Of a stretch of 55,018 nt of DNA, positions 29,638 through 38,526 are shown one piece after another (position 1 is the first letter of the stretch; each line of letters starts with the position of its first letter). The stretch covers positions 1 to 55,018 of the forward strand of contig JANPEF010000067.1 in NCBI GenBank assembly GCA_031431875.1. The letters run 5' to 3'. The position numbers were made by a program, and so were the translations under genes. The DNA is from Candidatus Eiseniibacteriota bacterium (GTDB taxonomy: Bacteria; Eisenbacteria; RBG-16-71-46; DASYSL01). The notes below the pieces were generated by a model that was given only the letters and a program-made list of their open reading frames with translations, searched no databases and was not told the origin of the DNA.

Positions 29638-32171
29638 CGCGGCGCGGAGCTGTCGGCGGGGGTGGCCGCGGGCGCGGGCGTGCGCGGGCGCGCGAACGGC
29701 GGCGCACCGGGCATGCGCAGGCTGGTCGTGCCGATCGAGTCCTCGATGCCCGCCAGGCTGTCGGTGCTGACGCGCGCGAACAGGATCGCATCCCAGTCGG
29801 CGCGATGGTTCGACGTGCAGGTGTCGGGCACCGTGCCCTCGACGAACACGGCCGGGATCTTCCACGGGCACGCGGGCCGCGCGAGGCTGTCGGTGCGCGC
29901 GTCGATGTACACGCGCACCAGGCCCGGGGCGTCGGCGAACTCCACGACGGGAAAGTCCGCGAGCAGGCTCTTCATCGTGCGCGCCCACACCGGCATCGCC
30001 ACGCCGGCGGCCGCGCGGCCGAGTCCCCGCGGCCGGTCGTAGCCGCACCAGACGCCGGCGGCCAGCTCGGGCGTGATGCCGCAGAACCACGTGTCCTTGT
30101 TCTCGTTCGTCGTGCCGGTCTTGCCGCCCACCGGACGCTCGAAGCCGTAGGCCCACCGCAACGGTCGTGCGATTCCGTGGGCGACGACGTTCTCGAGCAT
30201 CATGCGCGCGAGCGTGGCCACGCCCGGAGGGATCACCTGCACGGGCGGAGGAGCCACCGCGACGAGATCGCGCCCCTCGGCGTCGACGGCGGCACGCACG
30301 GCGTGCGGCCGGTAGCGCAGCCCGCCGAAATCGATCGTCGCGTAGGCGTTGGTCAGGTCGACCAGCGTCGCTTCGTTGGAGCCAAGCCCGATCGACAGAA
30401 CGGGCTTGAGCTTCCCCAGCCCGAACTTCTCGCAGGCGCGCGCCACCTGCGCCGGCCCCATGGCCTCGACCAGGTTCGCCGTCGCGACGTTCGCCGATCG
30501 CGCCAGGGCCTCGGGCAGCGAGAGCGAGGCCTGGTACGAGTGATCCGCGTTCGCCGGCGTCCAGACGACGCCGCGTTCGCGAAACGTCTTCGGCAGGTTG
30601 GCCACGCGCGAGCGCATGGTGAAGAAGGGCGGCCCGCGCGTGGGATCGAGTGCGGCCGCGTAGACCAGCGGCTTGATCGCCGAGCCGGTCTGCCGTTTCG
30701 CCTGCATGGCGCGGTTGAAGTCGCCCGGCCGTGGCGCGCGCCCGCCGACGATGGCGCGCATGGCACCGGTCGCGGGATCCAGCGCGACGAACGAGCCCTG
30801 GAGCGGGGCGCGCTTGCCGCGGAGCCCGCCGGGATCGAGCTCCTCGAGGCCGTCACGCACGGCACGCTCGGCTTCGGCCTGCCAGACCAGGTCGATCGTG
30901 GTCAGGATCTCGAGGCCCCACCGCCGCGGCGCGCCCCCCGGCAGGGCGCGATCGAGATCGAGATCCGCCGCACTCATCACGTCGGGGAAGCGATCGACGC
31001 GTGTCGTCCCCCGGCGCAGCCACAGAGGCCGCGCCCGCGCGCGCGCGGCGGTGCGCGAATCGATCAGCCCCACCTGGGCCATGTCGGCGAGCACCTGGTT
31101 GCGCCGCGCCAGCGCGAACGCGGGCTTCCGGAACGGCGAGTACGCGACCGGCGCGGGGATCAAGCCGGCCAGCAGCGCGGCTTCGCTCAGTTGCAGCGAC
31201 TCGGCGGGGGCCGAGAAGTACCAGCGTGCCGCCTCCTCGATTCCGGCGACGGCGCGCGTGTCGCCCTGTCCCCAGTAGATCGAGTTGAGGTACATCTCGA
31301 GGATCTGGTCCTTCGACAGGAACGCCTCGAGCAGCAACGCGTAGCCCGCCTCCTTGAACTTGCGCGCGAACGTGCGCTCGCGGCCGAGGAACAGCCCGCG
31401 CGCGAGCTGCTGGGTGATCGTCGAGGCGCCCTGCTTCACCTCGCCGGCACGCGCGTTGACCAGCATCGCGCGGGCGTTGCCCTGCAGATCGAGGCCGAAG
31501 TGCGAGCGGAAGCGCCGATCCTCGGCCGCGATCACCGCGTTGCGCACGACCGGCGGAATGCTCGACAGCGGCACCCACGTACGGCGCGCGCCGTTGGGCT
31601 CGGCGAGCATGGCGATCGACCACGGCTCGAGTCGCGGCGGATGCAGGAGGTCGGGCTCGGGCGTGCCGGGAGGAAGCGAACCGCGCGGCGAGGTCAGGCG
31701 CGCGACACCGGCGACGCGGTCCTCCTCGAGCACGAGACGAACGCGCTCGGGACCGCCGCGTCCCTCGGGATCCTGGACCTCGAGGAATCCGCGGAGGAAG
31801 ATCTCGACCCCGTCGTCACGCCACGCGTAGGTGCCCGGGTGCGGGGTGGTGCCGACGACGTGGCGATAGCCGCGCGCGGCCAGGTGCTTCGCCAGGTAGG
31901 TGCGCGGCATCGCGCGCCCGCGCGTGAAGGCGAGCCCGTCGGCGTAGACGCGCGACGGAAACGCCCAGGCCGGGCCGGTCATGTGGCGCTGGCGCAGGGC
32001 ATCGAGCCGCACCCCGAAGCGGAACAGCCCGATACCCGCCACCACGGCGAGCAGGCCCGCTGCGGCAAGCGCGGCGTGGCGGCGGCCACCCGGCCCCGTG
32101 AAGTACGACTGGAGAGCACCGCGGAGGCTGCCGATGCCCGCCTTGCGTGGATCTTGACCGTGCCCGGACAT
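29634..32171 (-). CDS. Class A penicillin-binding protein (PBP1b-like transglycosylase/transpeptidase)
   Basis: N-terminal TM; EDRRF, GASTITQQL, ILEMYLN glycosyltransferase motifs; SAIK, SAN, KTGT transpeptidase motifs. Confidence 0.92.
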   Translation of the reverse strand: MSGHGQDPRKAGIGSLRGALQSYFTGPGGRRHAALAAAGLLAVVAGIGLFRFGVRLDALRQRHMTGPAWAFPSRVYADGLAFTRGRAMPRTYLAKHLAARGYRHVVGTTPHPGTYAWRDDGVEIFLRGFLEVQDPEGRGGPERVRLVLEEDRVAGVARLTSPRGSLPPGTPEPDLLHPPRLEPWSIAMLAEPNGARRTWVPLSSIPPVVRNAVIAAEDRRFRSHFGLDLQGNARAMLVNARAGEVKQGASTITQQLARGLFLGRERTFARKFKEAGYALLLEAFLSKDQILEMYLNSIYWGQGDTRAVAGIEEAARWYFSAPAESLQLSEAALLAGLIPAPVAYSPFRKPAFALARRNQVLADMAQVGLIDSRTAARARARPLWLRRGTTRVDRFPDVMSAADLDLDRALPGGAPRRWGLEILTTIDLVWQAEAERAVRDGLEELDPGGLRGKRAPLQGSFVALDPATGAMRAIVGGRAPRPGDFNRAMQAKRQTGSAIKPLVYAAALDPTRGPPFFTMRSRVANLPKTFRERGVVWTPANADHSYQASLSLPEALARSANVATANLVEAMGPAQVARACEKFGLGKLKPVLSIGLGSNEATLVDLTNAYATIDFGGLRYRPHAVRAAVDAEGRDLVAVAPPPVQVIPPGVATLARMMLENVVAHGIARPLRWAYGFERPVGGKTGTTNENKDTWFCGITPELAAGVWCGYDRPRGLGRAAAGVAMPVWARTMKSLLADFPVVEFADAPGLVRVYIDARTDSLARPACPWKIPAVFVEGTVPDTCTSNHRADWDAILFARVSTDSLAGIEDSIGTTSLRMPGAPPFARPRTPAPAATPADSSAPR

Positions 32172-32184
32172 GCCCGCTAGAATA
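32154..32184. promoter_or_regulatory. Putative bidirectional sigma70 promoter (tRNA-Asn on +, leaderless PBP on -)
   Basis: + strand TTGACC(32154)-N18-TAGAAT(32178); - strand TATTCT on the same bases, 7 nt before the PBP ATG at 32171. Confidence 0.5.
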
Positions 32185-32278
32185 CCGGTCTGCCGCGGCG
32201 AAGTCTTGGAAGTCTCCGTCGCCTATGGATTTGGCCGGATTCGGGCCGTTTCGCAACAGGCCCCCGGCACCCCGCAGT

Positions 32279-32353
32279 TCCTGAGTAGCTCAATGGCAGA
32301 GCAGCCGGCTGTTAACCGGCAGGTTGTAGGTTCGAGTCCTACCTCAGGAGCCA
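32279..32353 (+). tRNA. tRNA-Asn (GTT)
   Basis: Acceptor TCCTGAG/CTCAGGA, D-arm AGCTCAATGGCAGAGC, anticodon stem GCCGG-CTGTTAA-CCGGC, T-loop GGTTCGAGTCC, encoded CCA. Confidence 0.97.
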
Positions 32354-32359
32354 ATATCC

Positions 32360-32400
32360 ATGACCCCCGCGACCCTCTGAGCCGCGGGGGTTCGTCGTTT
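32360..32400 (+). terminator. Terminator-like hairpin after tRNA-Asn (repeat copy 1)
   Basis: CCCCCGCG-loop-CGCGGGGG followed by TTCGTCGTTT. Confidence 0.65.
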
Positions 32401-32480
32401 CGGCGGTCGCCGGCTCCCCGACAACTGCTCGCCGCCCCGTATGCTACCGTCGGGCGCCGCTCATTCCCGGAGGTTCAGCC

Positions 32481-32558
32481 CTGACGACGCCGCTCGAACG
32501 CCTGCGCGTTGTCCTCGCCGACCGCTACCGCATCGAGCGGGAAATGGGCAGCGGTGGG
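32481..32558 (+). pseudogene. Ser/Thr kinase N-terminal relic (copy 1)
   Basis: GGAGGT RBS, then LTTPLERLRVVLADRYRIEREMGSGG; homologous to 40426-40569. Confidence 0.6.
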
Positions 32559-32797
32559 GACGGTCTCCACTCAACCGCGCCGGGAGAAGGTTGACCCGAG
32601 TTTGGCGGGTGGGAGCAACCATGCCCGAACTGAGGCCTGTGGTCACCCCAGTCGCATCGGAGTACTCTTGTGCGCGCTAGGCTCAGCCCCCCGAACTCGC
32701 TCCAGAGATGACCAAGCCATGACTCCCTGATCCAATCGATGGCTCCGTGCCGGCCGACAAGTGGACCCCTGCCTGGGTGCGCCGAAGCGAGGTAAGA

Positions 32798-34822
32798 ATG
32801 CCGGGACTCTCCGCTCACCTGTCGCGCGTCCCGTGGTGCATTTCCGCGATGCTCGTGCTCTCTGCCGTCTCCAGTTGGGCGCAGGGCTTTCCGGCAATCC
32901 CACCCGCCTGCTCCGAGTCTCCCGAGTTCCGGGCACGGCTCGATGCTGCGGCCACGAACTCGACGCTCGAACCGTGGCAGCGGGAGTTCATGCGGGGGTT
33001 GGTGGGGGCAGGCGCGGCGCGCGGGACGATGGACGCGGCACCCAGCGGAAACGGGGCGGTGGATCCGAGTGGCGAGTGGGATCAGCTTCCCCCGCCGAGC
33101 GCGCGCGTCGCCCACAGTGCGATTTACGACCCGGTGCGCGACCGCATGATCGTCTTCGGAGGGTCGGACGATTCCGGCTACCGCAACGATGTCTGGGCGC
33201 TCAACCTCTCGGGCACTCCGGCGTGGAGCGCGCTCAGCCCAACGGGCACCCTGCCGACCGCGCGCCAGGGCCACACCGCGATCTACGACCCGGTGCGCGA
33301 CCGCATGGTCGTCTTCGGGGGGTCCGACGGAAGGCTCGGCACTTTCAGCCTCAACGAAGTCTGGGCGCTCAGCCTCTCGGGCACGCCGGGTTGGAGCGCG
33401 CTCAGCCCATCGGGCACCCTGCCGAACGGGCGCTACTCCCACACCGCGATCTACGACCCGATGCGCGACCGCATGGTCGTCTTCGGAGGGGCCGACGATT
33501 CCGGCTCGATCAACAACGTCTGCTGGGCGCTCAGCCTCTCGGGCACGCCGGCGTGGAGCGCGCTCAGCCCCACGGGCACCCTGCCGAGCGCGCATTACGG
33601 CCACACTGCCCTCTATGACCCGACGCGCGACCGCATGGTCGTCTTCGGAGGGTACGACGGTTCCGGCTTCCGCAACGACGTCTGGGCGCTCGGCCTCTCG
33701 GGCACGCCGGCGTGGAGCGCGCTCAGCCCCACGGGCACCCTGCCAGCCGGGCGCGACGGCCACACCGCGATCTACGACCCGGTGCGCGACCGCGTGGTCG
33801 TCTTCGGAGGGTTCGACGGAGGGCCCGAGCCCGTCATCTTCGGCCTCAACGACGTCTGGGCGCTCAGCCTCTCGGGCACTCCGGGGTGGGGCGCGCTCAG
33901 CCCCACGGCCACCATGCCGACCAGGCGCGATGGCCACACCGCGATCTACGACCCGGTGCGCGACTGCATGATCGTCTTCGGAGGGTCCGAATATTCTGCC
34001 CGCCGCAATGACGTCTGGGCGCTCAGCCTCTCTGGCACGCCGGCGTGGAGCGCGCTCAGCCCCACGGGCACCCTGCCGAGCGGGCGCTACTCCCACACCG
34101 CGATCTACGACCCGGTGCGCGACCGCATGGTCGTCTTCGCAGGGGGCAACTTTTCCGGCCTCGACGACGTCTGGGCGCTCAGCCTCTCCGGCGCGCCGGA
34201 GTGGATCGCGCTCAGCCCCACGGGTCCCCCGCCAAGCGCGCGCTCGGGCCACACCGCGATCTACGACCCGGTGCGTGACCGCATGGTCGCCTTTGGAGGG
34301 TATGACGGCTCCGACTACCGCAACGACGTCTGGGCGCTCAGTCTCTCGGGTACGCCGGCGTGGAGCGCGCTCGGCCCCACGGGCACCCTGCCGAGCGCGC
34401 GCGTCGCCCACAGTGCGATCTATGACCTGGTGAGCGACCGCATGGTCGGATTCGGGGGATACGGCGGCACCATCTTCAACGACGTCTGGCGGCTGACTTT
34501 CTCATCGCTCGTCGCCGTCGATCCGGAAGTCCCGCCAGTCCCGTCCAGGTTCGAGTTCGCGCCACCGCGTCCCAATCCAGCCCACCACAGCGTGAGCTTT
34601 GATCTGTTCGTTCCGCACGCATCTCGCGTGTCGCTCACGGTGTACGACAGCGCCGGGCGGATCGTTCACCGAGTCGCTGATGCTCTGTTCGCCCCGGGAC
34701 GTCACACGCTCGTGTGGAATCGCAGGAACGAAAACGATCGTGCGGTTCCGAATGGGATCTATTTCGTCCGCTTGCATGCGCCCGGCGTGCTCCTCACCAG
34801 GAAAGGCATATTGATTCAGTGA
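32798..34822 (+). CDS. Secreted Kelch-repeat beta-propeller protein with C-terminal FlgD-Ig-like domain
   Basis: Signal peptide; nine HTAIYDPVRDRMVVFGG...DVWAL repeats; tail PRPNP...VYDSAGR.V...WN...NGIYFVRL. Confidence 0.85.
   Translation: MPGLSAHLSRVPWCISAMLVLSAVSSWAQGFPAIPPACSESPEFRARLDAAATNSTLEPWQREFMRGLVGAGAARGTMDAAPSGNGAVDPSGEWDQLPPPSARVAHSAIYDPVRDRMIVFGGSDDSGYRNDVWALNLSGTPAWSALSPTGTLPTARQGHTAIYDPVRDRMVVFGGSDGRLGTFSLNEVWALSLSGTPGWSALSPSGTLPNGRYSHTAIYDPMRDRMVVFGGADDSGSINNVCWALSLSGTPAWSALSPTGTLPSAHYGHTALYDPTRDRMVVFGGYDGSGFRNDVWALGLSGTPAWSALSPTGTLPAGRDGHTAIYDPVRDRVVVFGGFDGGPEPVIFGLNDVWALSLSGTPGWGALSPTATMPTRRDGHTAIYDPVRDCMIVFGGSEYSARRNDVWALSLSGTPAWSALSPTGTLPSGRYSHTAIYDPVRDRMVVFAGGNFSGLDDVWALSLSGAPEWIALSPTGPPPSARSGHTAIYDPVRDRMVAFGGYDGSDYRNDVWALSLSGTPAWSALGPTGTLPSARVAHSAIYDLVSDRMVGFGGYGGTIFNDVWRLTFSSLVAVDPEVPPVPSRFEFAPPRPNPAHHSVSFDLFVPHASRVSLTVYDSAGRIVHRVADALFAPGRHTLVWNRRNENDRAVPNGIYFVRLHAPGVLLTRKGILIQ
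33090..34495 (+). repeat. Nine coding tandem repeats (about 160-180 nt each) with high nucleotide identity
   Basis: Recurrent CACACCGCGATCTACGACCCGGTGCGCGACCGCATGGTCGTCTTCGG and GTCTGGGCGCTCAGCCTCTCGGGCAC blocks. Confidence 0.9.
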
Positions 34823-34945
34823 GACCGACCGGTGCGGGACCGGTTCAGCGATGACAACACTCGACGTTGGGGCAGGTCATCCGGGCAGCATTCGAGAAGG
34901 CGCGGGCAACTCAGGCAGCGTAAGCCAACCGTCTACGGAATGAGA

Positions 34946-34977
34946 CGGCGATCGCTCCCATGAGGGGGCGATCGCCG
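34946..34977. terminator. Hairpin between convergent genes
   Basis: CGGCGATCGCTCCC-ATGA-GGGGGCGATCGCCG. Confidence 0.55.
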
Positions 34978-35009
34978 GGAACAACACTCTTGACGTCAGT
35001 CATGCCATA

Positions 35010-35837
35010 TCAGCGATATGTCGCCTTGACGGATCCCCAGCTCGTGCTCTGTGCCGGAACTGCGCACTCGTCCGTTGAAACGCTCGAATTGTCGAACGCG
35101 ATGTACGGGAGAGCCGAGTAGCCCGAGCCTGAAGCCGGGCTGCAGAACCAGGCGTAGCGATGTCCGCCCACTGCGGAGCTCGGGATGGGGGTCGTTCCGC
35201 TGCCCGGATTGTAAAGTGTGGGGACATCGAAGTAGGCGACCACCACCGCGCTGGAATTCTTGATTTCAACATCCACGTCCAGGAATCCAGCTTCGTTCGT
35301 GAAGATGTACTTCATCGTGTACCAGCCCGTGCCCGTCGTGATCGCCTGCGGAGTGCGACCCGGGTCGGAGGGCCAGCCCGGACAGTTCTGACTTGCGCTG
35401 GCAATCCATTGCCCGGGAATGCCTGGACGGGTCCCAAGCGCAACCACGAAATCGCTCAGGTGCGTGCAATCGGTGCTGTTGTTGATGGCCACGGTGTAAT
35501 TGAAGCGCCGATCGGCACCGTCGGCCAGGGAGAAGTCCAGGTAGACGTCAACGGAAATCGTGAAGCCCGTTGGCGGGAAGCAGCAGACGTAGCCGCCAAG
35601 GTTACCCGCCGCCGACGTAGCATTCGTGAGGTTGGACTCGGCGTGGAATGATCCCGAAGCCGAGGGAACACCATTGGTCCCCGATGCCACGCGTACTGCT
35701 TGGCGGTTGGTGAGGGTCCATCCGGAGTTATCAGTTTCGAAACCCTGACTGAACCCTGGCGCTGCGACACTCGTTCCTGCGACCGCGAGGCTCGCGACGG
35801 CCACCAGGATCGGAACAATAAATCGAGAACATCTCAT
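35010..35837 (-). CDS. Secreted hypothetical protein ending in VPAQSTSWGSVKATYR
   Basis: Signal peptide MRCSRFIVPILVAVASLAVAGTSVA; beta-rich body; GGAG RBS. Confidence 0.75.
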   Translation of the reverse strand: MRCSRFIVPILVAVASLAVAGTSVAAPGFSQGFETDNSGWTLTNRQAVRVASGTNGVPSASGSFHAESNLTNATSAAGNLGGYVCCFPPTGFTISVDVYLDFSLADGADRRFNYTVAINNSTDCTHLSDFVVALGTRPGIPGQWIASASQNCPGWPSDPGRTPQAITTGTGWYTMKYIFTNEAGFLDVDVEIKNSSAVVVAYFDVPTLYNPGSGTTPIPSSAVGGHRYAWFCSPASGSGYSALPYIAFDNSSVSTDECAVPAQSTSWGSVKATYR

Positions 35838-35942
35838 GGGAGGAATCTCCAGAGGACAAGCGGGGCCGGCCCCACGGTCGACGACAGGGCCAACTGCCCC
35901 AGGAGAGTGACGGGTCCGGGGGGGGTGGTTGGGACGCAATGA

Positions 35943-35970
35943 AGTATGAGCCGGGTGCAGACGCTGTCAA
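35943..35970 (-). promoter_or_regulatory. Putative sigma70 promoter for the 35837 gene
   Basis: Minus strand TTGACA-N16-CATACT. Confidence 0.45.
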
Positions 35971-36171
35971 GCACAGAGGTTCGGCTCGTCGAACCTCAGA
36001 TGAGAGGCTCCTGTATCACACCCGGTTCCTTGGACACCAGGCAGCGCAAGCATCCCGTCCACGAAATCGGGGCATGCTCAGTTGCGATGTCCCATTGCGT
36101 GCAGAAATCGGTCTCGCGTCGATCCCCTCGGGGATCGGGAGGCCGGCTCAAGTCCCCCGGGACGTCTACTT

Positions 36172-36354
36172 CTAGAGGTTGGGTCCGGAGCCGAACCTGC
36201 GGAATACCATGAGCAGGATCCACACGGCCAACGCGCCGACGACGAAGATGTTGAGGAGGTTCTTCGCCCCGGCCTGCATCGGGACGTATCGGTTCACGAC
36301 CCACAGCGCAACGCCTGCGACGATGATGACCAGCGCGATCTCGACAATAGGCAT
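36172..36354 (-). CDS. Small two-TM membrane protein (Thivi_2564-like)
   Basis: IIVAGVALWVVNRYVPM...KNLLNIFVV...VWIL pattern; AGGAAG RBS. Confidence 0.7.
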   Translation of the reverse strand: MPIVEIALVIIVAGVALWVVNRYVPMQAGAKNLLNIFVVGALAVWILLMVFRRFGSGPNL

Positions 36355-36393
36355 GACGGCTTCCTTTCTTCAGGGTTGTCCTGGCGTGAGCCC

Positions 36394-37866
36394 TCAGTCG
36401 TGGCTCAGGCTCTCGTCGGTTCGGAACGAGCGGGCCATGCGGTCGAAGGTCGGCTCGAGCGACCGGTAATCCGTTTCCGGCGCGACGAAGAGCATGTAGA
36501 CGATGTGCTCGTCGGGCAACTGGCGGGCAAGCACCGTCACCCGTTCAGCCGAGTTGGTCGCGGTTGCGCGGCCGGTGAGCTGGACGGTGAAGGTCGGATG
36601 ACCCGACAGCACCTGCGATCGCTCGGAGCCGCTCACGCGCCGCAGGCTGGGATTGGCCTCCAGGATGTGACGCACGAGGTCACTCGTCGCTTCATCGAGC
36701 GGAGTGTCGCCGAACATGGATCCGTCCGGATCCACGTACGCGGCACCGATCGCGCCATCGAATGGCACGTAGTGATTCACGATGACACCATGCGTGATGC
36801 TCGAGCGGTTGCTCGAGGTCGCCCGAGATTCACCACGCGGAACAAACGTCACGCCGTAGCTGCCGTTGGCCGCATAGGCATCCCAGTTGTCCGGTTGTTC
36901 GATCTGGTAGAGGGCGTCCGCCTGCCGGAAGACACGGAACTGCGATGAGGGGCGTTCGATCGAGGGCCCACCCGCGCCGGCGCTGACCGACTGGCTGGAC
37001 GTCGCGGCCTGTCCCTGCGCCAGCTGTGCCGTGGTCCGTGCCGCGGGGAGCCTGCGGAGTCGGGTCTGGGTCGTCCGCAGGTTTCCCGTGACTGCCAGCA
37101 GGTGCACCGGGGCCAGCAAGGCCGCTTCCCGGCGAACGCGCGCCTCGCGGTCCGTCGGCGCGGGATGATCGCTCAGGAACTGCGCGAGCTTCCCCGGATC
37201 GCCGCCCGCCTGTTGGCCCAGGTACGTGAAGAAGGTCGCCATCTCGACGGGGTCATAGCCGGCTTTCGCCATGATCTGCGAGCCCACGACATCCGCCTGG
37301 GTCTCGGCCGACCGCGAGAACTTGAGGAACACGGCGTTCAACCCGAAACCGCCAACCGCTCCGATGATCTCTCCCGTCGAGGTCTGGGACTTGCTGCCCA
37401 GCAGTCCGCCGAGGATGCCAAGGCCGGCCTGGGCCAGGTACGCCTTCGAGGCCTGGTTGGTCGGGTGCCGCAACGCCACGTGGGCGATCTCGTGGGCCAT
37501 CACGCCGGCGAGCTCGCCTTCGCTCCGCACCTTGTCCAGCAATCCCCGGTTGACGTAGATGAAACCGCCGGGGAGCGCGAAGGCATTGATGTCGGAGACG
37601 TTCACGATCTTGAAGCGGTAGTCGTAGTCCGCCCCTGGGGCGTGGGCCGCCAGCCTCGCGCCCAAGCTGCTCACGTAGCGCGATGCGGCCGCGTCGGAGA
37701 GAATGGGGAGTTGTTTCTCGGCCTGCAGGGATGACTGTTTCCCGATCTCCACGTCCTGGGCGACCGAGAAGATGTTGAATCCGGGTTTGACGACGGTTTG
37801 CCCGCTCGCGGTGCCGGCCAGCAGTGTCATGGCCACAACGAGAGTGATGCCATAATGTCGCTTCAC
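36394..37866 (-). CDS. M48 family metallopeptidase, secreted
   Basis: Signal peptide; INAFALPGG, ELAGVMAHEIAHV (HExxH), FSRSAETQAD, FLSDHP. Confidence 0.9.
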   Translation of the reverse strand: MKRHYGITLVVAMTLLAGTASGQTVVKPGFNIFSVAQDVEIGKQSSLQAEKQLPILSDAAASRYVSSLGARLAAHAPGADYDYRFKIVNVSDINAFALPGGFIYVNRGLLDKVRSEGELAGVMAHEIAHVALRHPTNQASKAYLAQAGLGILGGLLGSKSQTSTGEIIGAVGGFGLNAVFLKFSRSAETQADVVGSQIMAKAGYDPVEMATFFTYLGQQAGGDPGKLAQFLSDHPAPTDREARVRREAALLAPVHLLAVTGNLRTTQTRLRRLPAARTTAQLAQGQAATSSQSVSAGAGGPSIERPSSQFRVFRQADALYQIEQPDNWDAYAANGSYGVTFVPRGESRATSSNRSSITHGVIVNHYVPFDGAIGAAYVDPDGSMFGDTPLDEATSDLVRHILEANPSLRRVSGSERSQVLSGHPTFTVQLTGRATATNSAERVTVLARQLPDEHIVYMLFVAPETDYRSLEPTFDRMARSFRTDESLSHD

Positions 37867-38082
37867 AATTCACCTCCGGAGCAGACTGGATCCTCGCCGC
37901 GCGTGGGGGCGGTCGGGTCCGTCACCCGGAGCCAAGAGCCATTATCATGCCAAGGGACACACCGCTCCTGGACGCCGACTCGGGCTCGATCTGCTGTCCT
38001 GAGGCAGGGTTTGGGGGGCCAGATGGGACGGTTCGGCCCTGATGGAGTGGAAGCTTTTTCAAACCCGGGCAGGACTTGCAGT

Positions 38083-38100
38083 CTGGGCAACCCGGGGAGC
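38083..38100 (+). repeat. att-like core repeat, partial copy
   Basis: CTGGGCAACCCGGGGAGC, identical to 38371-38388. Confidence 0.75.
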
Positions 38101-38325
38101 TACTTCAATGCCGTGCCCGCACACGGCTTCACTTCACCGCGTCGAGTCTCGCCCCGTGGATGTGCCATTGAAGTTGTGCGGGAGTGGCGCCGGGGACGTC
38201 GTTGCTGCCCTCGGCCTGGATCAGGATCTGTGTGCTGGGACGCCGCTCGCGCAGGGTGCTCAGTTGCGCGGGCGACGTCTCGAACGGGCCTCCTCCCGTT
38301 GGGAGTCATGTCGGAGGGGGTGGAG

Positions 38326-38438
38326 GATGCGGAATGTCGCGATCTCCGGCCTCCCGCGCCGGTTCGTAGACTGGGCAACCCGGGGAGCCAACATCCATGA
38401 CCCCCGCGACTCTCTGAGCCGCGGGGGTTCGTCGTTTC
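38326..38438 (+). repeat. att-like junction copy 2: arm + tRNA 3' core GGAGCCA + terminator hairpin
   Basis: GATGCGGAAT...CCGGTTCGTAGACTGGGCAACCCGG-GGAGCCA-ACATCCATGACCCCCGCGACTCTCTGAGCCGCGGGGGTTCGTCGTTTCG; the part after the core is nearly identical to 32347-32402. Confidence 0.85.
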
Positions 38439-38526
38439 GATGGTCCCGTGGGGCATGTTTCCGAGGCAACGTCGCGGCTGCTGGCGGGTCCTCGTGGCTC
38501 ACGGCCCCGAAGCCACCCGGTGGGAG

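Noticed and set aside
33090..34495. CRISPR-like array of regularly spaced repeats
   Set aside because: Repeats are long, in frame and encode Kelch blades within one ORF; no cas genes or leader
37925..37936. Fourth att core (CCCGGAGCCAAG)
   Set aside because: Only a short match, with neither the upstream arm nor the downstream hairpin; likely chance in GC-rich DNA
38355..38392. Additional tRNA genes at the GGTTCG...GGAGCCA copies (also 40255-40290)
   Set aside because: No D-arm, anticodon arm or pairing acceptor stem; treated as att-like junctions instead
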